Of a DNA stretch of 64,000 nt, positions 12,679-24,830 are shown in pieces. The stretch is from contig NW_003314261.1 of NCBI RefSeq assembly GCF_000143415.4, positions 372,001-436,000 of the forward strand, written 5' to 3'. The number at the start of each line of letters is the position of its first letter. Position 1 is the first letter of the stretch. The notes under the pieces are model-generated. The model was not told the DNA's origin. It made no database searches and saw only the letters and a list, made by a program, of their open reading frames with translations. The stretch comes from Selaginella moellendorffii (taxonomy: Eukaryota > Plantae > Lycopodiophyta). A program made the translations under genes and the position numbers.

Positions 12679-13458
12679 ATGGTTCCAGAATGGCTAGAGA
12701 CGTTTTTGCAGAGAGATTTCTTCTCAAAGTGTTTAAAACACTGCCATGGCCAATCCATCACAGATCGTCAGTCAGCGTTTTGCATTGGTTGTCGTGCAGT
12801 ACTCTGTGAATCAGAAGTGTCCAATCACAATTGCGATAATGGACGCATTCTGCTATTGCGATGGCACCATAAAGAAGCTAGGGTTGTTCGAGAGCATATC
12901 GCACAGTTTTACAATGTGGATCACGTTGACGGCAGCAAAAAAAAAGGTGAAGATCTTATCCGTCTCAAGAGCTGTCCGTCTCCCCGTGGGATCAAGGGAT
13001 GTTACTGCGGCCTCAATTTCGATGACGAGCCATTAGTTCGTGTCACCACTTACTGCTCCATCGACTGCCAGCTCCAGCACGATCGAGCTCTGGCCGTTAA
13101 GCCAATCAAGCTCTTTGGAAACACAGTGCTGCCGAACATCCCAGCTCCTCCTAAAACTGCTCAGCTGGCTCGGAATGCTAGCAAGGCGCTGGGAAAGGCT
13201 GCTGCAAAGCCTGTCAAGCCAGTTCTAGAAGGTGGTTCTGAAAGGGAAGAAGTCTCAGGCATGGAGCTCTGGAGATCAATTGTTGGTTCGAGAAGAGGTG
13301 TTCCTCAGGCTCTTCCAGGCGATGATCAGCAGGGTAATCCTTCGGCAGAGGCGCTAGGATTGACAAATGAGGGAAAGCGCCGTGAGGCTTGCAGCTGCAT
13401 GCCAGTGCCTCCTGCAAAAATCATGAAATTGGACGAAGAGCGAGAAATTGTGCAGTAA
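12679..13458 (+). CDS. Divergent intronless PLATZ zinc-finger protein
   Basis: PEWLETFL..FFSKCLKH, FCIGC..LC, CYC...YCSIDC layout follows the PLATZ motifs. Confidence 0.7.
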   Translation: MVPEWLETFLQRDFFSKCLKHCHGQSITDRQSAFCIGCRAVLCESEVSNHNCDNGRILLLRWHHKEARVVREHIAQFYNVDHVDGSKKKGEDLIRLKSCPSPRGIKGCYCGLNFDDEPLVRVTTYCSIDCQLQHDRALAVKPIKLFGNTVLPNIPAPPKTAQLARNASKALGKAAAKPVKPVLEGGSEREEVSGMELWRSIVGSRRGVPQALPGDDQQGNPSAEALGLTNEGKRREACSCMPVPPAKIMKLDEEREIVQ

Positions 13459-14869
13459 GACTATAACAAGATTAAGCATGTTTACAAATAATGGTTTTGA
13501 AAGAGCGAGCAGGAAACACAGTATCCATCATAGTTTTAATGTGTTGTTGATGTGTTAAAATACAGAACAGAACAAGATGACTGCCTTCACTAAGGCCTAT
13601 GAATTGGCACTAAGTATGCAATGGTGAAGAGGCAGAATCGCCCGCTTCCCGAACGCATCCTGAATGGGTTGAGGCCACATGGCTGAAAATATAAGAAGCT
13701 TTCAGAGTTTGCTGGATCAAAAAAGTTAGTTTCGCCTTATTTTGTTACCCTACCGGGGCTTGTTGAAGCCGAACTGGTCATAGTTCGATTCTGCCAGGAA
13801 GAAGCAGAGTACAGACTCCAGCTAACTGGTTCCGTGTAGATATCGTTCCATGCACGAAGAGCAGTTTGAAGAACTTCTGTCCATACATAATTCATAGCAA
13901 CTTGCCAAAACCAACCATAGAAAAAGGGTTTTGATTTTTTCAATGCTTTGTTCAGACACCACGTTCCAAACATTGCATGCAATCCACTTTCCTCGGTAAG
14001 GATCTTCATAAGATTTGCAGTTGCTACAATGCTTATGTCAGCAACAAGAATTAGTATAATTGACTCACCATAGGCTGCTTGGAGGCTTCCTTTTTGAATT
14101 GCTTGCGTGGAGCTACACATAGTACTGATCCCCGTATTCTGAAAACTGCAACAGACTCTGGTGTGTACTTTCTAATTCATTTTATACACTGCAAGAGTTG
14201 AGGTAGTAATCTAGGAACGAAGAGCTCTTGCTTCAGGAAATGTAGTTGCAGGAGGTGGGTTCAACCCCTCTCGAAGTAATCAGACTAGAGTAAGTGTAGT
14301 GTTCTAGCAGCTTTGAAGCTGTCCTGCACCTGTTACTCGAGTGCTTTGATAAACATCTGAAGAGTGAAAGCTAAACAAAAATATAGTTTTCAATTCTTCG
14401 TTTCAACATACATGATTTTCTAAGATCTGAATCTTGTTTTTGTGGTTTTTAACGAAGGTAACATATAATTCTCTAAATTTTTTTTATGATAAAAACCCAT
14501 TTCACTGGACGTAACAGTGATGAATTTTCTCCAAGATGATATTCTCTTGACAAAAACATTGTCCAAACATATTTCCAACCACTGTGTGAAGAAGTTCCCA
14601 CACTTCTGTAGGAAAATAAACCACTGCTAAATGTCCTCTCCATGTGTTGGGATTATTGGGTACAGGCTCCATCCACTTGACCTGTAAACATCCTGATAAA
14701 AACACCTCCACCACAGATCTAATTCTTCCCTGGATTGCTAATTGTATTGGTCTCAAAGTCATGAGAAACCACATTCAAAAGCAGATGGAAGCAGTTCCAA
14801 GCGTTGTCATAGTGGGGCACAAGCTTTGGCAAACAGAGACCATGCAAAAGATGATAACACTATAACAGA

Positions 14870-16330
14870 AACACTCTTAGGTTCACAGTGCAACGTAGTT
14901 CGTATTGGGAGGGGATTTGGGTGCGGCTTGCAGGCATCTGGACCCTACCACATTTTGTCTAGGCCATTTTGCTCTGGTGCCGGGCGCCATGGAGCTGGAG
15001 GTAATCAGGCAACTAGCGGTGTCTGCTGGGCTTGGTGACGGACGCTCGGAGCAAACCCCGATCGTGATCCGCGGGTCTCGCGCTGGAGGATTTGCAAGTG
15101 GTGGTACGTTGCGTGATTTGTTATTTTCAGTCGTTTCTCTGTGTTTTTCTTAATAGACATCGACCGCATAATTGAGGCGGCGATAGAAAAGGCTTTGTCC
15201 AAGCGTCAGAAGACTACGCTCTTATGCTGCGATCGGCAAAAAAAAAGAAAGAAAGCGATGCCTACGACAACATTTGAGGCTCGTTGGAGATCACAAGTCA
15301 GTTCACGGATGCACCGGAAGTGGAGGCAGCAACAACTTATCTTCTCCAAAAAGTTGGACAGAAAGTTTGATTGATCTCGCTTTAGAAGAGGCTCGGACTC
15401 GTGACAAAGAGATGGATGATAAGGGCTCAGCAAGTGAGAGATATGATCGGGAGAATGTAGGTTACGAATATATTCAAGGCGACGAGATAAAAGTTCAGCT
15501 GGCAATTCGAATATTGGAGCAGGAAGCCGTGAAGAAAATGCCACTTTTCGGAGGGGTTGCATACCACAGGACACGAGCAGGTCTGGTATTCCAGGTTCTT
15601 CTGATAAACCGAGCTATTCTTTCCGCACTTCGGACACAGCCGCTCTATCGTGGTCGTCGCTTGCTTTTGTTATGGAGCTCAAGTACGAGTTAACCAAGCT
15701 AAACACGGAATGCTTGGGAGAAACAACAGCAAGGCTAGATGTTATAAAGATGACCCAATCGAGCAGGAGGTTTGCGTATGCAGTGCTGCTCTGTAGACAG
15801 GAAATCCAGGTCCAGAAGCTGGATATGGTCAACGGGAAGAACCAGTATACATTTACGCAAAGATATCCTTGGGCTCTCAAGAAAGGACCATTTCGCCTAA
15901 GACTTCTTGTGGGAATCCTGCTGGCTGACGGGACTGTGTATGGATTCAGTCCTCCACAAATGCACGGGCGCATATCTTTGGAGTTATCTTCAGGATTTGA
16001 AAATCGTTGCTCTCCAAGATCGCAAGCATGACTCTTTGTCAGTTCGAGTTTACAAGGCAAATCTGGTTCAGGGACGGCGTTGCAGTGAAGGTCTGCCCGC
16101 AACTAGCCGCTGAGCTTTTTGTTCTTGGCATTGCCTATTCTTTACAATGGCAAGCTACAGAACGGGGATGACTACTTGGTGACGAGATACTGTGAGCAGA
16201 TAGGCTGAGGGAACTGTTCTGGAAGGGTGGATACAGCGAGAAAGTCCAAGTCGACCAGTTCGTCCAATGCTTGAGGTCCGTTAATTCAAGTTTGGAGTAC
16301 AAATGTGGAAGGTGGCGGAGGAAAAGAAAT
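14870..16330 (+). pseudogene. Crinkler/RHS-like REase + kinase relic (frameshifted)
   Basis: QDTSRSGIPGSSDKPS...WSSLAFVMELK...QSSRRFAYAVLL, followed by VRVYKANL / VAVKV kinase-lobe remnant. Confidence 0.5.
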
Positions 16331-16649
16331 GCCCGGGAACAGCTTTTGCTGCGTACCACAGCAATGCCTCGTCTTCCTCTGCTTTTGGATCCAGTTCAGG
16401 TGTGCATGTTTTGCAGTTGAACATGGCAGAGAAGCCTGCTTCAAACTCAAGCTTAAAAATATACTAGTCGGACAGAGGGGGCAAATCTCTGGATTGATTC
16501 AACGCGGTCGCAATCGCTCAACGCTACATTACGATCGACATTTTCAACGAAGAAAAGAGAAGCTGATCGGTGAGAATATAAGGCACCATGATGGAAGAAA
16601 AGGAATCATTGTAGGAGAATGGGTCCAGAGTAAGAATCCCGGCTGACAC

Positions 16650-17040
16650 GCATATCCCCTCCCCCAACCAGAGGCTAAGAATTGTCGAGTAACAAAATCG
16701 ATCCAAAGATTTGTAAATCTCATCTTAGTCTTGGAATTCTTTTCCTCTTTTCTATCCTGGATGGATGGATTGTGAGATACCCGCCCAAGTTGCACAAATG
16801 GGATTTGGGGACCCAGGGGTTTGGATTTCTTCAGAGTATCTTATGGTGGTAGCTTAGGAACTTAGGAATCTAGAGAGCCAATGGCAATGGAAGGGCAAAC
16901 TACATAGATTCCCGGTAGAGTAATCAATGCGACCCGTCGGTCTATGACACCAATCCTTTCTTCCTCTTCTAGTACCATCCAATGGCCGGGTATCTAACGA
17001 GGGATATACGAGCACTGACTTTGGGGGCCACCGAATATCC
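16650..17040 (+). promoter_or_regulatory. Three P1BS (GNATATNC) sites upstream of the NIGT1/HHO gene
   Basis: GCATATCC 16650-16657, GGATATAC 17002-17009, GAATATCC 17033-17040. Confidence 0.6.
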
Positions 17041-17099
17041 GTATCTTCTTCATCTCTCGCTCTCTCCAACTGGTCTCGTGATCTAAATTCGCTGCGGCG

Positions 17100-18533
17100 A
17101 TGAATCCAGAGGAGGAATTTGGGCAAGCAGAGGGGCCGGATCTCACATTGGGATGCGCGATCGCAAAGAGGGACTCGAGTGACCAGCAAACTCGGAGGAG
17201 GATGGAGGATTATTTGCAAGCTCTCCAACAGGAAAGGCAAAAGATTGAGGCTTTCAAGCGAGAGCTTCCCTGCTGCATGAATTTGCTCGACCAAGGTAAT
17301 CCATGGCATGGTCAGTCAGTCTAGCCTTGCAAGCTTTTCTTATCTCTTCGAATGAAGCTATCCAATCGACTAGGGGATGTTTGGACGAGAGCTACAAAAC
17401 AGAGATGGAAGAGGAAAATCCGCCCAAGCTGGAGCTCTTTCTCGAGAATCGCTCAGGCTTTCGTCTTGGAAAGCCCAAGAGCGAGGCCGAGGATCATCGC
17501 GATTTTGAGGAAAGACCATCCACTCCAAAGCAAAATTGGATGCAGCTCGCTTGTTTCCCATCACAATCACCCCGTGAGGATGAAGAATTTGAAGTAAGTG
17601 GTTCATAGATTTCTCCCACAGGAATTCATAGTTTCGTTTCCACTTCTCAGACAAGAAAAGCTCTCAGATCATCGACGGCATCAGCTGATTCCGGTGCTTT
17701 TGCGCCTTTTGTGCGAGACAAGAAATGGGATCAAGCTGAACTTTGCCTCTCCTCGTCTATTTGCTTATCTCTGGAACAAAAGAAAACTGGCTTCATAAAG
17801 TTTCAAGGCAACGAGTCAAATTTGCCTCTAGTAGAGCTTTCCTTGCAGCAAATGCCTAGCAGCGGCATTTGCTCAAACTCTACTTTACACCAACAAAGAA
17901 AGGCGAGGCGGTGCTGGTCTCCGGAGCTCCATCGACGATTTGTCAATGCTTTACAGCAGCTCGGAGGATCCCAAGGTGCGACAGTAATTCAAGCGCTCGA
18001 TCAAAAGTTCTTAAAGGTTTCTTCTTCTTGATCCAGTTGCAACTCCAAAGCAAATCCGAGAGCTCATGAAGGTAGATGGTCTTACAAACGATGAAGTAAA
18101 AAGCCACCTCCAGGTGAGTGATCCAGTTTCTTCTCGAAGTCGATTCAATTGATTTTCTTTTCGTTGGATCAAGCAGAAGTATCGACTCCACACGAGAAGA
18201 CCGGCGACAGTAGCCCCAGGAACAGCAGCCCAGAAATCCCCTCAAGTTGTTGTTCTTGGGAGCATCTGGGTTCCTCCAGAGTATGCAGTGTTTGATCACC
18301 ATCAAGCAGCACCGAGTATGCAAAGTACTCCTCTCCAGCAAAGCAAGGCTCAAGATTTCTTTGCAAATCTCCACGCTTCCCCAGCTGAGCCAATGGTGTT
18401 TTATGAGAAGCAAGAGCTCTTAAAATCCTCCAAGGAAGAGGGGGAAGTTTTGAGCCCCAGGAAAGCTAGCGCCACCACTGCTTCCGAGGAGGAGGACGAT
18501 GGAGATGTGACGGAGGCTGAAGAGCAGCGGTAA
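17100..18533 (+). CDS. HHO: GARP/G2-like MYB repressor of the NIGT1/HRS1/HHO clade
   Basis: [25 protein letters not shown] coiled coil; [16 protein letters not shown]...[30 protein letters not shown]. Confidence 0.93.
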
Positions 18534-18831
18534 ATTGGTTTTGCAAAACGCTACTGCAATCAAAAGAGTGAGTGAGAATGAGAAAAGGCAAAAGGAAAAA
18601 AAGAAGAAGAAGAGCGCTATGATAAGAACCTGCAGCTACGATGTGAGAAGTATCACAGTTTGCTTGATTGCAAGAATAGTAGAATGGTTGGAAAAAGCTG
18701 GCCTCGTTCGGTCCAAGATGCAAAGTAGTCCGCCAGGAAGAAAAGGATGTGTTTTCTATGCCATGGGGGGACCTGTTCGAGAGAAAATGTTACTCCCTTC
18801 CCTAGAAGAAAAGTGTAAGATACGTACCTGA

Positions 18832-18836
<5 letters not shown>

Positions 18837-18867
<31 letters not shown>
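18837..18867 (+). repeat. (GA)n microsatellite
   Basis: Direct observation. Confidence 0.95.
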
Positions 18868-18868
<1 letters not shown>

Positions 18869-18969
18869 CCTTCTCCCTTCTCCGCAGATAGTTTAATGCT
18901 TCCCATGCTTCCGGTCCACGTAGCAAATCCTCCACTGGATGATTCTCGTTGAAAGAATCATGTTATTCT

Positions 18970-19200
18970 CGAATCACCATCGCTTTCATCCTGGCACGCA
19001 AATCTTTAAGTCGTCCTCGCGAGGAGTGTAATCGTCAACACCGGTGATTTCCCCGGATTCCAGCACTGATAATCTCGAGCGGCTTGGAGCGCACAATGAG
19101 TCTCGTCAACATGAGCAAGGCATATCAACTGAGCTCCTTTATTCTTTCTTTTGTTTTTGCCTCCACTGTTGTGTGACACGGACATCGCAGTCCCTTCCAT
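18970..19200 (+). repeat. Diverged copy of about 20580-20790
   Basis: Shared GAATCACCATCGCTTTCATC and GCCTCCACTGTTGTGTGACACGGACATCGCA blocks. Confidence 0.8.
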
Positions 19201-19779
19201 TCTCCAATCTCCATGCAAGCTCATGTCTTGGAACTGTTTTCGTTTTCTTTTTCTTTATCTTCCTTGCCACTGAACGATCACCTCTTCCAAGCCTCGAAGG
19301 ACAAGATGCTAACAAGTCGTCCGCGAGCTGACAACAGAGGCGAGATTGTCAACCAAACTATCGTCCGCACTCTCGCATACCCAGGCTCAATGCAGTTCGT
19401 TCATCTTAAACAGGGCATCACTGTTGTTTTGCAAGGAGCGGGCAGCAAGCATCAACATCTTCTTTCGCTGCAGCAGAGTTCCAAGGCAAACACTTCAACC
19501 CTGCAAAGTAGAGGAAAACGCAGGCCACCGAGGCCAGCAGCAGCCCCAGACAGTCACCAATGAGGCCATTCAAGGAGCTCAAACGCAAATCACTGGCCCA
19601 AAGAGGAGAAATACTGTTGTGTAAACTATGCATTATTTAACACTCTTTTTAATATTTTAAACACTTTACTAAATAAAACTTTTGCATTTAGTACTAAATG
19701 ATTTCATTTATATTTAATTTCACATTAAAATTTCAATACAACTTTCTTCATTCCATGAAGATATATAATCGGCTAATGG

Positions 19780-20370
19780 CAATGTGCAGCATCGTCCACT
19801 TTGTACACGGACGTCCAGGGGCAGCACACCTCTGCCAGCACTTCGACTGATAGCTTCCCCTCTCCGAGCTTGATCGTCTGTCCAACTTGCAAGCAGCGAG
19901 CACTGCCTTTCATTTTCAGAATCTGGCTCAGTCCTGTTGCATAAGGAAATGCACCAAACCAAGCTCAGTCTGAGCAGGGACTTCTTACTTTCCAGCGGCT
20001 CTGGATGTCGAGAACGAAGCCTGGAAAGCGGGTGCCTGGAAACTTTTCAAGTCGAGGCCTGAAAGCCGTGGGTTGTGCAACAAGATGCTCCAGCAGCTGA
20101 AGCAAATCTATGGAGCTACGCTAGGAAGGATTCTTCTGATGTTCTCTGAGTGGATTGAACTGCTCATGAAGCATACCATCGAGTTTAAGAGTTCTTCACC
20201 TCCAGGTGTGTGGGGCTCAAAACTCGAAAGCAACGCTCTTGAAGAAGCCCTCGCCATAGGCCTCGCTCTGTCCAAGATGCGAAGTGTGTTAGAATCTTTC
20301 TCCTGTTCCAAGAGGAAGCGTAAGACTTCTCCCAAGAAGAAAAGTAGAACATGTACCTGAGTGTGAGTGA
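19780..20370 (-). pseudogene. Unidentified coding-like remnant with splice-like sites
   Basis: Protein-like stretches (LRFLLEQEKDSNTLRILDRARP; QVGQTIKLGEGKLSVEV) interrupted by stops; family not recognised. Confidence 0.3.
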
Positions 20371-20899
20371 GAGAGTATCCACCAAAAGAAACAGAAGTAG
20401 AGTCTCTTGAGGAAATTAATTTGAAACTGCAAAGAAAGAGGACCAATCGTGTCTTTGCACAGATTCCCCAGAAAAAGAAGCGCATGCTTCCAAAGCTTCT
20501 TCGCAAATCACCACTGAAGGATTCCCGTTGACCTGGTGAATGAATCCTCTAGCAGGGAATCCACGAGCGAGGAGAGTCCGTGAGAATCACCATCGCTTTC
20601 ATCTTGGCACGCAATCTTTCACTTCGCAATGAGAGTAATTGTCAACATCATCGACTCGAGCAGCTCCGCAAAACTATGATGGACGAGCATATCTTCCACT
20701 TTGTTTTCATTTTGGAGGCGAACACGGTTTCTTCTTTTTTTTTTGTCCCTTCGCCTCCACTGTTGTGTGACACGGACATCGCACTCCGCTTTGTACTCGC
20801 ATTGTTTTGTAGCTTCTCTTCGTGAAAATTATTTCTCCAAGTCTTCACTGTCACGGCATGTTGATAATCTCCACGAGAAACATATGTCCCCTCACTGAT

Positions 20900-21200
20900 C
20901 AATCACGTCTCATGAGCAGCCTCCATCGTTCTAAAGCGATGGAACCTGATAGAATACGATCTCAGAGAGCTTAGCTATGAACTTAGTAGCAGTCTGATAG
21001 TTCGTACAAATTGGTCAAGAGTAGCAACAAGAGCCAAAGCTATCGCTAGACTCTTCCACCCGGTTTGTATCCGGTACGTAGCCTTCATCCGAGAGTGCAA
21101 CCTTTCGAGCTCATCGCGGATCTCATGGTAGCGTTCACGAGAGGAGTCGCAAGCTTCAAACTCGTGGATCTCGTTCCCAACTTCAACATAGGTGAAGTTC
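20900..21200 (-). pseudogene. Deleted relic of a PPR DYW domain, paralog of 27375-27780 (downstream flank also shared)
   Basis: CATGAGCAGCCTCCAT, AAAGCGATGGAACCTG and AAACTCGTGGATCTCGTTCCCAACTTC shared with the intact gene. Confidence 0.85.
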
Positions 21201-21499
21201 CCAACTTCAACTGAAGCAGTTATGAAATTATGAAATCTCAGTTAACGTGAGATTTTTAACTTCCTCCCAGCAAAAAGCCCAAGACTTGTTGTTTGTGTGG
21301 GGGTGGAAAAGCGACCCTGGCGGAACATCGCCTCGCGGATCTTGCCATTACGCGTGTACGCCGCCATCAAGCTGGTGCATGACTTCATGCGTAGAGAATG
21401 CTGGTGAACTTCTTGGTTCGCATTGTTATTCCGAAGTCTACAGGTCGATCTTCAGTACAAATTGCTTCACTGGTTGCAGGGCATTTCTCATACCCGTTC

Positions 21500-22760
21500 T
21501 TCACCAGAAATGTTCGGAGAAAGAACCGTAGATGTTTTAAGGAACCACGAACACCAGCTCATACTCGATGACAGCGTATGGGTTCCACCTGTCGAGTTGC
21601 TGCATAAGCTCCTCTATCCATCCCACTTCACAGGATGGTCAAGCTTGACGCACATTTGAAACATTCGGACCCTCCGGCTTGAAGTTCGCGGGCTTGAAGT
21701 CGATGGAACCTGTCCTTCCCCAACATGGAAAAGCGTCCCCGATTGCTGATTCTTAACCACGGGCCGCACGTACGCATTCTCCACGAGCTTATCCCAGTCC
21801 TCCGACGCTTTGCCTCCCATGTTGAGCAGACTGGTTGTAGGATCCGAATAGACCCGCCGGTTGTGCACGGCAATCACGTTGGCCGGTCGGATGTCCACCT
21901 GAGCTTCAATTCCTTCATCTAAAACACACCGTCCCGCGACAAGGGCTGGTGTATTCAAGAACGAAGACTTCAATGTGAGCCGCTATTGCATCTGTCTGTC
22001 CATTCGAAACAAGTGTCCCGCTATGAGCAAACATACTAACCTCCAGGCTCTGAGCCCTGCAGCCTTGTCACGTTTCTCTTCAGTGTCGAGCTTGAATAGT
22101 TCATCCGCCTTTAACTCAACATAATCGACGCAAGTAAGCTCAGGGACCTCATCGACCATGCCTTTGCGAATATGATCTTTGACTATAGGTGGGTCAATCT
22201 TTGCTTTCTCGTCTTGTAGTTCCAGCCAACTGTACAACATGTTCTGCAGGTATCCAGCTCGTTCTTCACTTGCAGGGAGAGCTAAGCTCCTCTTTCCTGC
22301 GTCGATAGTGTCCGAGTAAAAGATGTCTCTGGCCGCAGTAGTAGTACTACCGAGCTGGCATGTCCGTGATGGTTAAGCCAACTGCCTTGGCGCAGTCCTC
22401 GCAGTCCCGTAGCGTCTACGCCTCCATATACACGTAGATTCCCTGCTTTGCGAAGTCATGGTGCTTGGATTTCCCATAGTGTGAGAATCGTACCAGCGCT
22501 GCCAACCAGATGGAAGTTCTTGGCCTTGCTCTTGCGCTTGCCCCTCTCTCCAGCAAGCACCTCTTCAATGAATGCCGCGATGGAAGCGCACTGTGAGCAC
22601 CAAAACAGCTCCTCCCCCCCGGGTCTGCGGCGTCGGCTGTCATCCCTCGATCCGCATGCGCCAAATTGTACTTTCCGAGCTCCTCTAACCCAATTTAGCT
22701 TATCATCATTTGTGCACCCGTAATGTTTTTCTGTGTTTTGGAAGTGCAACGTCCAAGAAT
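21500..22760 (-). pseudogene. Crinkler/RHS-like NTPase + REase relic
   Basis: YVYMEA*TLRDC...R*YYYCGQRHLL resembles the MPxWxLxE...GGxPR block; downstream KNQQSG(D)..LQA resembles an REase remnant; many stops. Confidence 0.4.
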
Positions 22761-23329
22761 GGCAATCTGGGAGAGAACGATTGCAAAAGAGGAGGGCTTT
22801 GCTCCTTCCAACTTCATCTCCTGGAAGAAAGTGAGGGCAAATTTTGCATGGCTATTGTGATAAATGCTGAAAGAGTTACAGGCTTTCTTGACGTCTTGGT
22901 ATCAATTCTTGTACCCTTTTCAGAGCAGATTCGAATTTTGAGATTTTTTATTTGTTAGATTTTTCTACCATATACTAGAAACTCTAGTGGGACTCAGACT
23001 TCAGTGTCAGAGGCACATGTTGAAATCCGAAAGTTCTGATGAAAGCGCTGGATAACCGCTGTCCACAGCTTTCGTCAACCCATCGATATCAGTTACCATT
23101 CTCCATCAGGCATGCAGCGTCACCCACGTATTCGGCATGAATTAATGCAAAGGCAGGCGACATTGCAAGCTATCTCTGGCTATAAGTCGATCAGCAGGAA
23201 TGGGTTTAGTACTGGGTCGGCTCGTGTTCTTGTTCATGTTTGCTTTGCTCGTGAATTCAGTTCGAGTTGTTTCTGGAGTCTGTACAAAGTCTGGACTGAT
23301 AATCGTTCTGTGTGTCTTACTAGGTTCGA

Positions 23330-24830
23330 GGAACAAGTAGGAATGCATCCACATTCGATTCCGCAGCCCAGTTCGACTACATTGTTGTTGGCGGGGGTGC
23401 TTCTGGCTGCCCAATAGCAGCCACACTCTCAGTGAAGTTTGTGGTGCTGCTTCTGGAGCGGGGAGGCTCCCGTTATGGCAGAAAAGATTGCGAGCGCAAG
23501 GAAGGATTCCACGTGAACCTCTTCAAAGCCGACAACAAAACCTCACCGGCTGAAGCATTCCTGCCGGGGGATGGCGTCCCGGGCCACAGGGGGCGAGTCC
23601 TCGGCGGGGAACACCAGTCAAAGTAGGTCAACCACACGCCGGCTCCTTAGTCAAAATAGTCAAGTTTAGTAAACTGTGGTAAACGGCAGAGCAGGCCCGG
23701 AGCTGGATTCGCTCGAACGGGAGAGGAAGATGGCTTTCAAGCCCGCCATCCCGGCTTGGCAGCGGTCTCTGAAGCGGGCGCTGGTGGAGACCGGGCTGCC
23801 CGACAACGACAAGCTGGGCACCAAGGTTGGCGGCGTGATCTTCGACAGCGATGGCGTCCGGCACTCCTCGGCGGATCTCCTCGAGTATGCACATCCCAGC
23901 AAGTTCGAAGTGTTGCTGTACGCGACGACATCTCTGGTCTTCAGGTACACTTCTTCTTCTTCCCGCACTGTTCTTCGATTTTTCTGCTGTTTAGGTGTCA
24001 TAAGTTTGTCTCTTAGGCAGCGGAGCTCCACGAGCTGCTGGAGTCCAGTTTATGGATGAATTTGGCAATGAACACAGAGCGATTCTGAGCTCCAAACCCA
24101 GTAGCGAGATCATCCTCTCCGCGGGTGCTCTTGGCAGCCCGCAGTTGCTGCTCCTGAGCGGAATTGGAGATGCCCAGGATCTGCAAAAGCTTGGGATTCC
24201 GTCGTGAAAGCATTTGCCCAGTATGGGCAAGGGGATGGGGGAGATACCCTAGCAATGCCATAGTCAACGTTCAACGCCAGGGAGCGCACTATTCGTTGCT
24301 CGAGGTCGTTGGCATCCACGCCTCTGACCTCCTGATAATGGTTGAAGGGCTATCCGCGATGCTCCTCGAGACGAGCTTGAGCTCGCCCCTGGAAACACCT
24401 GCGATCTTCTGCACAAGCCGCGAGTAGGGATCCTTGAGTCGATCCGCAGATTTCTGGAGGGTTTGCAGATCGATCACCTGGCCAGGGCTTTTCATCAGCG
24501 AGACGAGCGCCTGCATTTCGAACGCAACACGAGCTCCAGCGTTCCGAGACTCGACTTACAGCCCCGAGTCCCGTGGATCGCTGGGTCGCTGGGGGATCTG
24601 GCGGCCGCGGTGGGAGGTTTGATCCCGAAAGATGTGGACAACGACACCTGCAGAAACACCCTGACCACCATCTGGCATACCCACGGCGGCTGTGTTCAAG
24701 TCTACACCAGCTTCTACATGAAATAAACTTTGGTTTAGTTAAGCCTTGAGCCTTTCAAGGGTCAACACAGGGTTTACAAAGCGTCAACACATAGTCTGCA
24801 AGCTACCATCATGATGCTGGGAAGGTTGGC
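23330..24830 (+). pseudogene. GMC oxidoreductase (HOTHEAD/mandelonitrile-lyase-like) pseudogene
   Basis: [81 protein letters not shown]; frameshifts and deletions. Confidence 0.85.

Noticed and set aside
13737-14774. Minus-strand ORFs of 90-127 aa
   Set aside because: No recognisable family and no assemblable gene model
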